The notes under the pieces are model-generated. The model was not told the DNA's origin. It made no database searches and saw only the letters and a list, made by a program, of their open reading frames with translations. A stretch of 63,531 nt of DNA, filler included, from Reticulomyxa filosa (Eukaryota; Protista; Foraminifera), in NCBI GenBank assembly GCA_000512085.1. It is 16 parts of 16 records of this genome, joined end to end, with 100 filler letters (N's around TTAATTAATTAA, not from the genome) between each part and the next. Parts side by side here need not be neighbours in the genome. Positions count along the whole stretch, not along the records: positions 19,216 to 31,152 come from ASPP01020107.1; positions 31,253 to 34,985 come from ASPP01005528.1; positions 35,086 to 36,164 come from ASPP01044808.1; positions 36,265 to 40,179 come from ASPP01021356.1; 12 more parts are not named here. One strand, written 5' to 3'. Each line of letters starts with the position of its first letter. Positions within the stretch are counted from its first letter, which is position 1. A program made the translations under genes and the position numbers. Shown one piece after another: positions 25,972 through 38,500 of this stretch.

Positions 25972-26980
25972 TCAAAATGACATTGGTAGCGAAGGACTCT
26001 GACTCGCATAACCGAGCCCCGGTTTACCAAAAGTATGAGTTTTGTCAACTTGTTCATACACAGCATTTTTATTTTCATTGAGCCAAGTTATATCCCCATT
26101 CCAGCCATATCTTCGGAGCATTTTGGCTCCAATGCGTGAAACGTTAACAGGTTTCTTTTTTGATTTCAGCACGTCCGTTTCTTTAGTCTATTCATTCAGC
26201 ACTGAAGTTCGAATGTATATTCAAACAACTACACAAAAATTGGCATGCAAACTGACTTTAAAAAAAAAAAACACACATAGAAACAACATCTTCCATTTTT
26301 ATGTTGTTTTTTTTTTTTTTGCATACTCCACATTCAGCTTTTTCATGGTTTGGTTCTTTATTGCTTTTGATAAGATCTTTTGACTGTTTGTTCATATCAA
26401 ATCCCAACACGTCGTTTGCCGTCATTGTGTGTGATTTTCGAAACGTCACTGTCGTTGGCTTGGCTTCGACGTACGCATTTGTCAGGATTTCATTCCTGTT
26501 TTTCTCAAAAAAACAAAACAGTGTTTGTTTCTGACAACATAGTTAGCGCGTTTACAGAAAGAAGACAGAATACGTGTCGGCTTGGCTTTGGTTGACATCC
26601 TGTGGTACGTCGACAGACGGAGGTTCGCAAGACGATTCCTTGTCGGAGGGAGGAGTTTTCACGAGACATGTGGGCTCTTCAGTGGGCGCCGCATAATAGT
26701 TTCTTGGGTTATAACTAGTATATCGCTTCTTATGGCCGCTGTTTTTTTTATAGCGATTGCGTGGCAATACATTTGACGTGGTAGCTTTCACTTCGTCAGA
26801 TTTGCGTTCACGTGAACGAGAACGTGAAACTGAGCCCGACATACCTCCTCGCGTACTACTGCTGTCATCGAAAAATTGTCTTTGTTCGCAATTCCTAGAT
26901 TGCAACGCAACAACCCGGAGAGGACGATATGAAGAGACTCGCTTCTCCACATTTTTATAATCCCATTGATATTCTGACAT
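25972..26980 (-). CDS. G-patch domain protein with an RS-rich N-terminus (multi-exon)
   Basis: SRIGAKMLRRYGWNG...KPGLGY G-patch pattern; SRSRSRER segment. Confidence 0.7.
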
Positions 26981-27394
26981 AATAATTGATGCAATATTAA
27001 AAAAAAAAAAAAAAAGCTCACACTCTGAATCTTCGAAACGCTACATTTACTTTGAAATAAGTACGACCAATAGTGCTACCGGATTCAAACACAAAGAGAT
27101 AGCGTTTGGAAATGAGCATTGGTTTTGATGGGAAAAAAGGACGACTGATAAGGAACTACTACTTTAGAACAACAAAAAAAACACCAGCAAAATTACGTAA
27201 AATTGATAATGCAGAAAAAAAAAGAGGAGAAAAAGAAGTGAATTGTGAATGTTTCAATTACAGCAATCAACCAAATCCGCAAGAAGGAAAAAAAAAAAAA
27301 AAGGGTCAAGATCAAATATAAGGGGATTGTAATATGACTATTGTATGTTGGCAATACGTACAAAGATACATCAATTTAGGTAGGAATATATGAA

Positions 27395-28218
27395 TTAAAT
27401 TAGCCTTTCTTTCATGTCATGGTTTTTAATTTCTTGCAACTTGATATCATGGACATCAAACGCGTTAAATTCAAAGTCTTCATCTTGGATTTCCTTGGAC
27501 AAGTGGCACCATTTGATGACCTTTTTGAAAACTTTGTACGATAAATTGACCAAAGCTTTGTACCCCCAGAAATACACAATGAGCGCGGCGTGAAAAAATT
27601 CGGGGTTTTGTCCGGAATAGCACGCTAGCACAATGGCTCCGCACCAGCCCAGTATCCTTAGACCTATCAGAGTAAGCCCATAGATCTTGGGCAAGTGCTC
27701 CAATTCCTTTTCCAAGATCGGCTCCCACAGGACCGGTAATAGTTCGATCCAAACTGCGGAAAACGAAATGAACACGGCTTCGTCTTCGGGCTCTTCTGCT
27801 ACGATCGCGAAAATCATAAAAAAGAAATATAGCACAAATGCTAACATGTGGAAGATTATTATCAATGCCCTTCCTAATTTTCTTTCTGCACACACGTGTT
27901 GAAGCAACAGTCTTTTCTTTAAGGGATTCATATCCATGTACTCAAGTATATCCACCCATGTCAAAAATACAACAGCTTGCCCGTTGTTTCATCTCTGGAG
28001 TTTTCGAGTAGGTCGCTTTTCGTCCTATTTAGCACGTAGCGCAAAAAGTCATAGGCCAACAGGATCCCGATCATAAGGTAGCAGAGTACATTCACCACCG
28101 ACTGCCGGGTCAAAGAGTTGTGACATTTGGAACAACAAAACAGGCTAGATACTCCTAAGAACGCTGTAATAAACAGCCAACACCAAAAGATCAATACAAT
28201 CCAAGGCTTGACATCCAT
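27395..28218 (-). CDS. Hypothetical multi-pass membrane protein; two ORFs joined by a 1-nt indel in a T-run near 27965
   Basis: About six hydrophobic segments; LLYF* overlaps LTWVD. Confidence 0.6.
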
Positions 28219-30200
28219 ATTTTACCAAATTGGAGAAAATGCACTGGTCTCTTTGCACAAGTCCCAAAAAACTTTACGAGTGAAAATTCTAAGTGGAAAA
28301 GAATATGACCGAGATGTCACATTTAAATTATAGCTACTTTCTCAGTGGAAAAACAAATTTTAAATGTACCAATGGTTTCTATCTTGTGCATGTGGGATAG
28401 ACTTAAAGTGTAAAGGATGCTGCAGAACTTAGAGAACTTTGTCTGACGCTTTCTCATATTTTACAGTGAATACAAAAAAAAAGTATTAAATAAACGAAGT
28501 TGTCTGTTGTATGTAATAGATTCTTTTCTTGTTAGTGTTATCAATGTTTTTTTTTGCTTGGACGAAGGAGGAAATGTTCTATTCGAGATTGATTCTATTT
28601 TCTGCATTCAACAGGTATTTCTTTCACTTTTTTTGGAACACTTTCGAGCCTGTTGCTGACAAAAATATTCAAATTTTGAAAAGGTCTCCAGACCAGTGAG
28701 AATTTCTATGAAAAATGCTCTCTCCCTATATTACGTTGAAAAAACCACTTTTGTCACAAATTACTAACGTGGCGTAGAATTTTTAAAAAATATTGAGACA
28801 AGACCTAACTCGCTTCCAAAACTTTACTTGCCAAAAAACTAAACAATGTTCCACATTTTTGCAACATGGCCCACGTCATATTAGAAGATCTTTCATATAT
28901 TACATTATAGACAGTAGAAACAACCTTTTTACAATTAATTGTTTTAGTTAATATTTTTTCATTTTTATTGACTCAACATTACATAAACTACAATGCAATA
29001 GTACAAAAACAAAGGGGACGGCAAAGAGTTATTACCTTCCAACACAAACATAAGTTTGATTGGAGCGTTGAAGAATGCACCGATGATAGTAAAACTTTAG
29101 GGGTCAAGTTTTGACAAAAAAGCTATTCTACACTGAAACCGTTAAAATCATGAACAATGTTTTGGCAAACGGTTCTGATGTTGAAAAGAGCTAACAAGTA
29201 CTAAGAAACCAGATAATAATTCTGAATATCTTTTCACAAGCAACCTACGTTACGAAAACTCGAAAGGTATTTTTTTTTTGTTGCGTTAATGCGCGGAAGT
29301 GTAAGTGCCAATTCCAGATTAGTGTTGTGCTTTGAAATTCAGTGTACAGCATTAAAGTTTGTGTTGGTAGAGAAAATTAAATGACCCTCTCACAAAACCC
29401 TATTTCACATATAATAGGGTTAAGATGGAGCGTTTGACATTTTTAAAAATTGGTTTGACAATATTATTCACTTTTGTCTGCTCTGTGTTCAAAACAGTGA
29501 TATGTTGATGTAACAAAAAAAATGGATGCAGCGCAAGCCTGACCTACTTGTGGGTTGATTAAAGAATAAACTTTTTGGTTTTAATTGTTTGATGTCAATC
29601 TTTAATTTTTTTGAAAGCTTGTTTGGTTGTTATGTATTTGTTGAAACAACTTTCTTCAAACGAGATTTTGCCAAAATTGATTATTCATTGTTAGTTTCAT
29701 TAAGGAGTTTATTCGTTGTTGTTCACACATTGTCTTAAAACTTAACGTTAGCTAAAAAAAATTAATTTGAACCTTTGACTTTCAAGACCTACAAGTAACC
29801 GTACGTACTGTGTTCTTGTGCATAAATATTCTATGAATGGTTCCCAATGACTATAGTTAGATCAAAAGGGTATGTGATGATTATGTTTTAGTTTCATCGA
29901 AAGAGAAAATTGAACGGATGTAAAAAGAAGTAGACAATGAACCCAAATACACGAGATAAAAATGGAAAAATGAGACAATCACAAGTTTTTCAACACAAAA
30001 TCAAGATAAATTGTTGATGGCTTTTGAATTAACACAAACTCAGACAATCTTCCACTTAAGCATATAGTGTCAATAAACGTTGAAGCATAAGTCATATATA
30101 AAGAATAAAAAAAAGATTGTATCAACATTGCTTGAAGTGAGTTATCGATTCAGTTGCAGCACCAACAACAGCAAACAAAACAATTTTCGACAACGTGGTG

Positions 30201-31152
30201 CTAATGTTTTGAGCCAAATACCACCCGCAATACCGTAACGTTTAAGCTGTTCGAAGCCATATCTCCGCCGATGGTACCCAACACAGTCATCCATAGAGCG
30301 ATAGCAATTTGAAAGTTCAAAACAGGAAGCCATGGTTTTCTCAACAGAGCATACAGCACTGGAAACATGTCTTTACGAATCAATCGCATGACAATCTCCA
30401 ATGCTCTGGGAATGCAGTACAACGCCAACTCGACACGGCGTTTGCTATGCTCTATGAACAGCGACAGGCCAGAAAAGAACCCTCCCAATACGGGAATCCA
30501 CCACGCATTTGATCGAGTTAGGTTTCTGACATAGCAAATAGTTGTTTTAATGTTAAATTGATAAGCTGCCAGAAATATGCTCGACACGATTGTATTGAAT
30601 GTTTTTTTTTTGAGATATTTCGTTGGATTTGCAAAAACCTAAAAACAAAAAAAAAACAGTGATGAGATTATTCAAAACAAATAAACAAACAAAACTGATT
30701 TGGGATAAAACAATAAGGGCGGCAAAAAATGGACAGGAATATACATACGACTCGATCTACCAATAGCATAAAGAAAGTCGGTGACGTTGTGAACCGTGCA
30801 CGACGGGTGTTTATGCCACACGGGCGAACATTCAACAAACGGATGTCCTGCAGGCGTTCGTAAAGCTCTTTGAATTGAGCTTTCCTTCAAGTTGCCGACG
30901 TTTCGGATCCACTTGTAGTATTTAGGGTCAACTGTTTGAGGTTGCAACATTGCCCCATACATTATAAACATTTGTGCGATCGTGAATGTCATGACATTGC
31001 CGTGAGGGATATTTGGAAAATCGCCACGGTGAATCAACAATCTCAAAACATCGCCAAGGCTGCGAACAATGCAATACAACGCCAGTACTCGACACCGCGC
31101 TGGGTCATCCATTCTACAACAAATTTATTCGCAAACCCGTTGTTGCAGCAAC
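30201..31152 (-). CDS. TMEM135 / peroxisomal membrane protein family, 3' part; intron about 30640-30695
   Basis: LALYCIVRSL, QMFIMY, RMYIPVHFLP and GLSLFIEHSKRRVELALYCIPRALE. Confidence 0.85.
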
Positions 31153-31252
31153 NNNNNNNNNNNNNNNNNNNNNNNNNNNNNNNNNNNNNNNNNNNNTTAA
31201 TTAATTAANNNNNNNNNNNNNNNNNNNNNNNNNNNNNNNNNNNNNNNNNNNN

Positions 31253-33330
31253 TGATACACTTTCTGGAAAGCATTTATAACAAATGTCAAAGCATTGAGT
31301 CATCTCTTCGATTGACGCCGACGTTGTTACCATTAACTCACTTTTCAGTGGTTTACACTCGTTAAGAAATAAGTGACAAATTTTATTAAGCTCAGTAACA
31401 AAATTGTTCCAATTGTTGTCTAACGCGATACTTTTTAATTGTTTGTGCAATTCTCGGATTATATTGGTAGTGTCAATCATTTTCTTCCAAGGAAGGATCC
31501 TTTTTTTCAATTCCGAAATCTTGTGTGTTATATCCTTAAGATTATAGACAATTTCACCTGTATCAATTTCAGGCCTATCAACGTCGCAAACAGCAGATCA
31601 ATTTCGGTAATCAGCTCTGTATTCATAAACTGCATTAAATGTTCAAGGGAGAGAGTTTTTTTATGTACAGCAGTTGCCAAGTCTTTCTATTTCTCCTTTG
31701 CATGCACCGCACATTGTTCCATGATCACTTTCAAGTTCCCTTGGCAAGACTGCTTGACTTCATTCAATATTTTGGAAAAGACTTTGCTATCTCTCAACAT
31801 GTCTAAGGTGTTCATCGGCTGTTTCAATGAGTTCAATACTTCAAATGCGTCATGACACTGTCGAAGTATTTTTGGAAATGACACAAATATTCGCTTTTCC
31901 GAAAAAATGTAACACAATGTCAAGTCTTTGGGAATACCTTTCATGAGGAAATATCTACTTATCACAAGTTTAAATAAATTTACAATTGTATCAAACTGTT
32001 TATATTTGTCCAACAGCTCTTTGAATTTCGTCTCTTGTTTACTCAATCCAATCTCTTGTTTACTCAATTTCACAAGATTTGCTACTTTATCTTCATTGAC
32101 ATTTGTACAAACAAACTTGCACGTGGCCAATGTGATGGTATCATCTTTGACCAGTTGAAACATGTGTGACAGCGTATCATTGACAAAGTTTACAAACAAT
32201 TGGAATGTTTTCACATTTGCAATGTGCTTTGGGTATAATGTCTATACATAAAATACATTTGAAGCAATAGGCCAAGCCTGTTTCCAGTGCGCAAGCCTTT
32301 TGTGAAGCTAGTTTTTCTTCAAAGAATTCTTCATACGTTTGGGTGTCAGTGAACGGAAATACCGATTCAATATTTTCATTGTTCTCACTATTTTTCCTGT
32401 CTTCCACATCTACTGTATGTTCATCCATTTCTGTTATATCATCCAATTTTTCTTCACTTGGTTCATGTTCATCTCTATCTTTTTCCTCGTTGTCACTTGA
32501 CCCGCTATCTTCTTCTTCATTTTCTACTTTTCCTTTTTCTTTATCTGTCGCATACTTAATATCATCACATTGAGTTGATAGCATATCAGAAATAAGTGGA
32601 TCTTCGCGCTTGGTCTCAACTTCCCATGTCAGTGTGGGCACATATATTATCGTATCGAACACCTCATTCCATAACGTCCAATCCACCGATGTCTGTGCAA
32701 GACACTGCTGCACACACTCAATGTCCTCTTTACTCCAAAAATCACCGTCGAGGGTCATCTTTTGTTGCTGCGATTTCATCTTGATGATAAAGAAATCCAA
32801 ATACCTGCGAGGGAGTTTGTAAAAGTCGGGATAAGACAGCAACTGTATCACCTTGCGGTGGAAGTGCAAGGAAGAAGACTCAGGTTTGCCATCCAACGAG
32901 TCGTATTGAAGCCATCAGCAAAGACTTTTGCAACAAAATTTTCCATAAATGGATATGTTTGGTTGTGCGATGAAACTGCTGCAACAACAGTGGATGATAT
33001 TCCACGTTGCTTCGCAGTTCCAAAAAAATGTTGTCCGTCAAGCGTTCCACTGTGTCTTTGATGTCATTGTCCTTAAATGCACAAACAAATTTTAAAAAAT
33101 TCCAAGATGTTCAGCCCATACTACCATCCTGTAAAGAATGAGGGGAGATGAATTGAACATCTCCAGATAGAGTCAGCGTGTAAATCTTTGGGAATTTAAT
33201 GAACTTGATATGTGTCTTGTCTCTGCCACTTCATACTGACATACAGTTTCATCTCCCAATTCAAGTTTCAAGTCAGACCATCTTTGGTCGTTAAGGTTGA
33301 ATTCCATTGGATGATTATTCTGTGAACATT
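31253..33330 (-). pseudogene. Fragmented large alpha-helical hypothetical protein (several frameshifted ORFs)
   Basis: Consecutive same-strand ORFs 32177-32896, 31687-32214 and 31253-31510 have coding-like composition; family not recognised. Confidence 0.5.
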
Positions 33331-34342
33331 TTTTCCCCCTAGTCAAATTTGTATTTTTGTTGATTTTTTAGAAAAAAATTTGAAGTCATACAAACTTACG
33401 TACTTGAGTTACGATTAATCCCACATCATTGTTCAAAACTATTCATGATCCTTTCTTTTCACATTTTTTTCTCAAAAATCTTTTACTTTTTTGTATCTTC
33501 AAGACAACATTATTAGAACTTTTTTCGTTTGTCTTTTCTATTTGCAAATTTTTACAATTTGAAATAATTGAAATTTTATCAAAACGTTGTTTTTTTGATT
33601 TTCCAAAAATTTGGAATATATCTCAATGATGGTAACATTTTCATTGGAATAAACTTTTACTCTAAACAATGGTGAAGAAATAAAAATAATCCTTTTGTAC
33701 CATTAATTGCACTTTCATAAGCAAATTAGAATTCATTTACATCTTTTTTTTCCTTGTACGGTATTAAAAAAATTTTTTGGAAGTGATGAATACTCTGAAC
33801 TAGATAGAGTGAAATTTGAATTACATTTGACGTTTTTCTTTTCAGTACGCCGGTAGGGGGGACAAACGGAAAAGAAAATATTGAGTGGGGAAACCTTTTA
33901 ACAAATGATTGGATATTTCATAAGTATGAGATCATCGTGGGTGTATGCAATTGTATTGGTAGCACGTGTTAAATGCATTTCCGGTAGTATCAAGTGCAAG
34001 TAATGTGACTATAAGCAGTTCAAGCAGGAACGTGACGAACGGTCAAATATATCTTAATCCTCACGACAAGTTGGGTATAGTGACAACCTCATGGAATACG
34101 TTGGTCAACTGCGCTGCCAGCCACGTGCGGAAATCGATAACGTGGAAGTGTGTGCAATGTCCACAAGGGTATAACAACTTGTCAGGCGTGTCAGCGGTGC
34201 AAATTTCCAACAAGGATTCGACGTCATTAAAAAACGAAAGTATACGTATTCTTCAAAGCATGCTGGTAATCAACACAAGCCAGTCCAAAAAAATTTTGTG
34301 TGCCAAAACGCCTGCCATGGATATGTTCCCATCGAGTAACAT

Positions 34343-34985
34343 AATAAAAACTGATTGCGGTCTAACTTTTTACCACACCGAGATTTTTTCACCGGAATTT
34401 CACAAATGTGTTTGCAATATATTGGTCTATCATCCTAGATTGGTTTGGTCGTTTTACGTTTTTTACATATTTTAATGTTGATATCAATACTTAGGTCCTT
34501 TTATACCCCGTAATTCTTCCTTCATCCTCCCATTACAGTACTCCAAGACTAAACATCACACAACCCAACCAAGTGGCGTAAAAAAAAGAAGAGCATTTGG
34601 GCAACTCAAATATATATATAAGTTTGTATAATTATTAATACAATTTCATTATAAGTCAATTTACATTTATACTTAATTAAGGCCATTACAGCCGAATAAA
34701 AACTGATTGCGGTCCAACTCTGCGCCAAATCAATATTTTTTCACCGGAATTTCACCCCTGTGTTTGCAATTCATTCATCTAACGTCCCAGAGTGGTTTTG
34801 TAATTTCGAATTTTTCAAATTTGTATTCATTTTTTTTTATCAACTCTAAATTCTTGAGTCATTGTTCATTAGAGTAATACAAAACTAAAATCATAAAATC
34901 CAACTAAGTGGATTTTTGAAAGAGGAACACTTGGACTACTCAAATATACTTTTTAGCTTTTATAAATTTTAATACAATTTCATCA
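34343..34985. repeat. Two diverged direct copies of a ~340-350 bp unit
   Basis: Shared blocks in the same order: aataaaaactgattgcggtc (34343, 34695), ttttttcaccggaatttcac, tgtgtttgcaat, ccaacyaagtgg, actcaaatata and ttaatacaatttcat. Confidence 0.88.
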
Positions 34986-35085
34986 NNNNNNNNNNNNNNN
35001 NNNNNNNNNNNNNNNNNNNNNNNNNNNNNTTAATTAATTAANNNNNNNNNNNNNNNNNNNNNNNNNNNNNNNNNNNNNNNNNNNN

Positions 35086-36164
35086 ACATTTGTCACCGTA
35101 CAAAGCTCAAGGTCCTGATAACATCCACAATCAAATTCTCAAAAATGGTGGCAACTCAATGATTGAGTCATTGATATTCCTATTTGGATGGAGTTTTCGA
35201 ATAGAATATATGCCGATTGCATTGTTATCAAATGTTGGTAAATTGATTGAAAGGATCATCGAATTCTGGAATTGGAGGAGCAGGACTTGTCATTCAGGAT
35301 CCATATTTACCACAATGGCTGGAGTTGGAATATCCAATCAATGGTATTACAACAAACATTAGATCAGAGATCGAAGCAATGAGACTTGTATTGGAATATG
35401 TTAGTAATCATTATAGATCACATTGTGGAAGAGTAATTATCCTCACTGATTGCAAGTTCGTGATTAATTCGATATTCAACAAATTCTATAAATTGCCAAT
35501 TATGGATTGTCAGAAGATATTGAAATCATTTAATGAAGATAATGCTCCAGAGATCTATTGGATTAAAGGTAATTCTGGTATTCCTGGAAATGGTAAAGTG
35601 GATCTTGTTGCAAATAATGCTCGCAAGAAAGCTCATCAATTGCAACCAGATTTGATTCAACAACACAAATCAGCGGCATTCCTGAATAATCATGGATTGA
35701 ATCCCTATTTCACATAGCAATGGAATAGACATTTGATATTTGAAGGATTGGATAATCCAAGACATACAACGCAACGATATTTCCTATCTAACCTGATGGA
35801 AACTCAATCATTTGAGAATATTGTTATGCATTCATTGACATTTAGTGAGCGCAAGATCATTTGTTGGTTGATCGCTGGCAAAGTTGGATTTAATGATTAT
35901 TTGTACAACATCCAAAGATCAGATTCTCCTGATTGTATTTGGTGTGAAGAAGAGGCTGTCGAGCATTTTTTGATAGAATGTTTGCGGTACATTGAATCAC
36001 GTCGCAGTTGGTGGACAAATGTCCAAGAATTGCTTCCAGATATCAATGTATTGTCCATGTCAATGATACAGTTCATTATTGGGGATCGATCGTGGAAACC
36101 AGATTTCAGTGTCAAAGTTGTGAAAGCAGCAGCCAAGTTCGTAGTCGATACCAAGAGAAGGATT
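35086..36164 (+). mobile_element. Non-LTR retrotransposon (RNase H-bearing LINE) relic, internally deleted
   Basis: The RT start SPYKAQGPDNI...IALLSNVGKLIERII is fused to RNase H (GIGGAG, EIEAM, ILTDCK, YWIKGNSGIPGNGKVDLVA), then a C-terminal knuckle SPDCIWCEEEAVEHFLIEC. Confidence 0.92.
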
Positions 36165-36264
36165 NNNNNNNNNNNNNNNNNNNNNNNNNNNNNNNNNNNN
36201 NNNNNNNNTTAATTAATTAANNNNNNNNNNNNNNNNNNNNNNNNNNNNNNNNNNNNNNNNNNNN

Positions 36265-36778
36265 TGTTGTTGGAGGTGTTGTTGGAGGTGTTGTTGGAGG
36301 TGTTGTTGAAGGTGTTGTTGCTGGTGCTGTTGTTGGTGCCGCTGTTGGTGCCGTAGTTGGGGTTTTGGTTGATGGCACTATTGGATGGTTTGCCGGGAAA
36401 AAAGTGAAGGCACATACAGGATTAAAGGAAACCGTAACCGAATATAGTGTTAATGCAGTGGAGTATGAAATCAATATCGATTGCAAAAAACACAAAGACA
36501 GCCTCAGAAAATTGGTTTTGGCTTTAAGAGAAGTCGCAGAACAAATGCAGACAAGACACAACGTTTCTGGTAAAATTGACGAAAGATTGAACAAGCAAAA
36601 AGCAGAACTAGAAGAGTTAACAAAAGTTGAAAATGAATTGGACAAGCAAATTACAAAATTGAATAGCATTCAAAGGAGTTTCGACAATACTCGTGAACAT
36701 GAATGGCAAACAATGGCGAGTCGAGTTGAAGCATTCAAAAATGACATCAATCAAATTGTCAACAATGTACGAGAGTAA
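36265..36778 (+). CDS. Hypothetical protein with a Gly/Val zipper-like segment and a C-terminal coiled coil; 3' part
   Basis: A (GGTGTTGTTGGA)n repeat reads VVGGVVGG...GAAVGAVVG, followed by a heptad-rich region. Confidence 0.6.
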
Positions 36779-37630
36779 ATGCAATCTATAGGACTAACCA
36801 AAATTTATTACTTTCCTTTTTTTTGGACAAACATTTTCATGACTCCAATTTATTTTTCACTCCACTTTTTTTTTTTTTTGAGAATATCAGAGTCTCAATA
36901 TTGGCTTTTCTGACAAAAGATTTGTGCTTTTTTTCACGCATAAAAAGGAAGTGTTTTCCCAATATTGTCCCAAATAAAGCACAAACCACAATAGTGAAAA
37001 AACACGTCTACAACGACTTCCAGTGTTACCAACTGAGTTATTTGTGTCTTTGCTCAAGAAACTGACTTTGTTTCCCAAAACTGGCAAAAAGAGAGACATG
37101 GTTTTTGCTTATATTCATACTTTGATTTTTTTGAACTGTTTTTGATGAACCAATATTTCATTGGCCAATTAAAACCAAAATTTATTTTGTCATTTTTTGC
37201 AAGAAACGAAATAAATGTGAAAGTTTTGCTGTTTCTTATCTCTAAAGTAGTTGGATATCGTTTGTGGATTCTGCATAAAAAAATATTAGTTACGGTTTTG
37301 TCAAAAAATGTATGCAATTGCAGAATTTCCATCAAAGAGAAGCAATTTTAAAGAACAGCAATACCATTTGCTCTTCTCCAATACTTTTTATAATTTTTCT
37401 ATACAATTATTAAAAAATATCTCTAGTTTTACTTTGGAGAATTTTTTTTTTGGAAAATTCTAAGAAAATTCGCACCGCATTTATAAGAGCAGTATCTATC
37501 TGGGAAAGTAGATCATAAATCTTCCCAAGGAATGACATTCGACACTTGTTGTGAGAGAATTAGAAGCTTTGAAAAAATTATGGTCAAAAGCCAACACTTA
37601 GAAATGCACAAAAAGTTATTAATATTAATA

Positions 37631-38165
37631 TTAATGGGTTATCTGGCACATTGGACATGCATATTGATCAGTGCTTTGTATCTCTTGAATAAGGGCCTTA
37701 TCAAGTGTTGGAAATTGGCATGACGGGCAGACACAACAATCGTTTGCGGCCAGATGCTCTCCTGTGACAATACGATATGGGATTTCATTCTTACACGATA
37801 TACGATCCAATCGATACAACGAGACATCATAATTGTAAATAAGGACATTGTGAATGTTCTTGGCTTTCGTCTTTGTCTCCAGTTGGTGGACTTCTACGAC
37901 AAAAACAACGTTTAAATTTATATTGCTGAAATTTTTGTTTTTTTCTGTGCCTTTTTTTTTTTGCAGACTGAAAAAACCTAATAATTGTATCAATTGTTTT
38001 TTGATACGATATATGGATCATTTCTCGGTATTCTTTGATCATTTAGCACTTGTGCATATCCATAAGCGCTATGTATCATCTACTTTCTCTGACATTCAAC
38101 AACTGAAGTCAAAATTAGGACAACATGAGCTGGAAATTTGCGGAAATTTTTGGGCAACTCGAAGC
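37631..38165 (-). pseudogene. WDR19: IFT144/WDR19 C-terminal fragment, frameshifted
   Basis: LLRVAQK..KFPAHVVLILTSVVECQR, KEYREMIHISYQKTIDTIIR, QCPY and CKNEIPYRIVTGEH...CPSCQFP...CPMC are collinear with the WDR19 C-terminus as I recall it; intron about 37895-37978. Confidence 0.85.
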
Positions 38166-38169
38166 AATA

Positions 38170-38500
38170 AACAAGCAGTTTTTGACAGATTTAATGACAT
38201 ACCACAAACTTTACAAAAATAAAAAACAATATGACGCATTAATAATGATAATATCGGGGATATGGAAAAGTTGGTAACGTATTGATAACAAGTGAGAGAG
38301 ATATAATTTCAATTGATGAAATTCGAACATCGTTTGATTGCAATCGAATGAAATCATTTCAAGATTTTCCCAAAATCTTTATCATTGCTTGCTGTTTGAG
38401 GGGTATTATTGCCACAACAAATATCAATGTTGGAAAGAAAGGGGAAAAAGTAGAAGAAAAAATAATATGTATAATGATAATGGATTTACTTATTACGAAA
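38170..38500 (+). pseudogene. Caspase-like (peptidase C14, p20) gene remnant
   Basis: KNKKQYDALIMIISG[frameshift]YG...SIDEIRTSF...FPKIFIIACCLRG are decayed SGHG and PKIFIIDACRG catalytic motifs. Confidence 0.75.

Noticed and set aside
34190-34199. GTCAGCGGTG is the exact complement of 39788-39797, suggesting a split-tRNA partner
   Set aside because: It is only 10 nt, lies on a different contig, and is not followed by a tRNA 5' half; compatible with chance.
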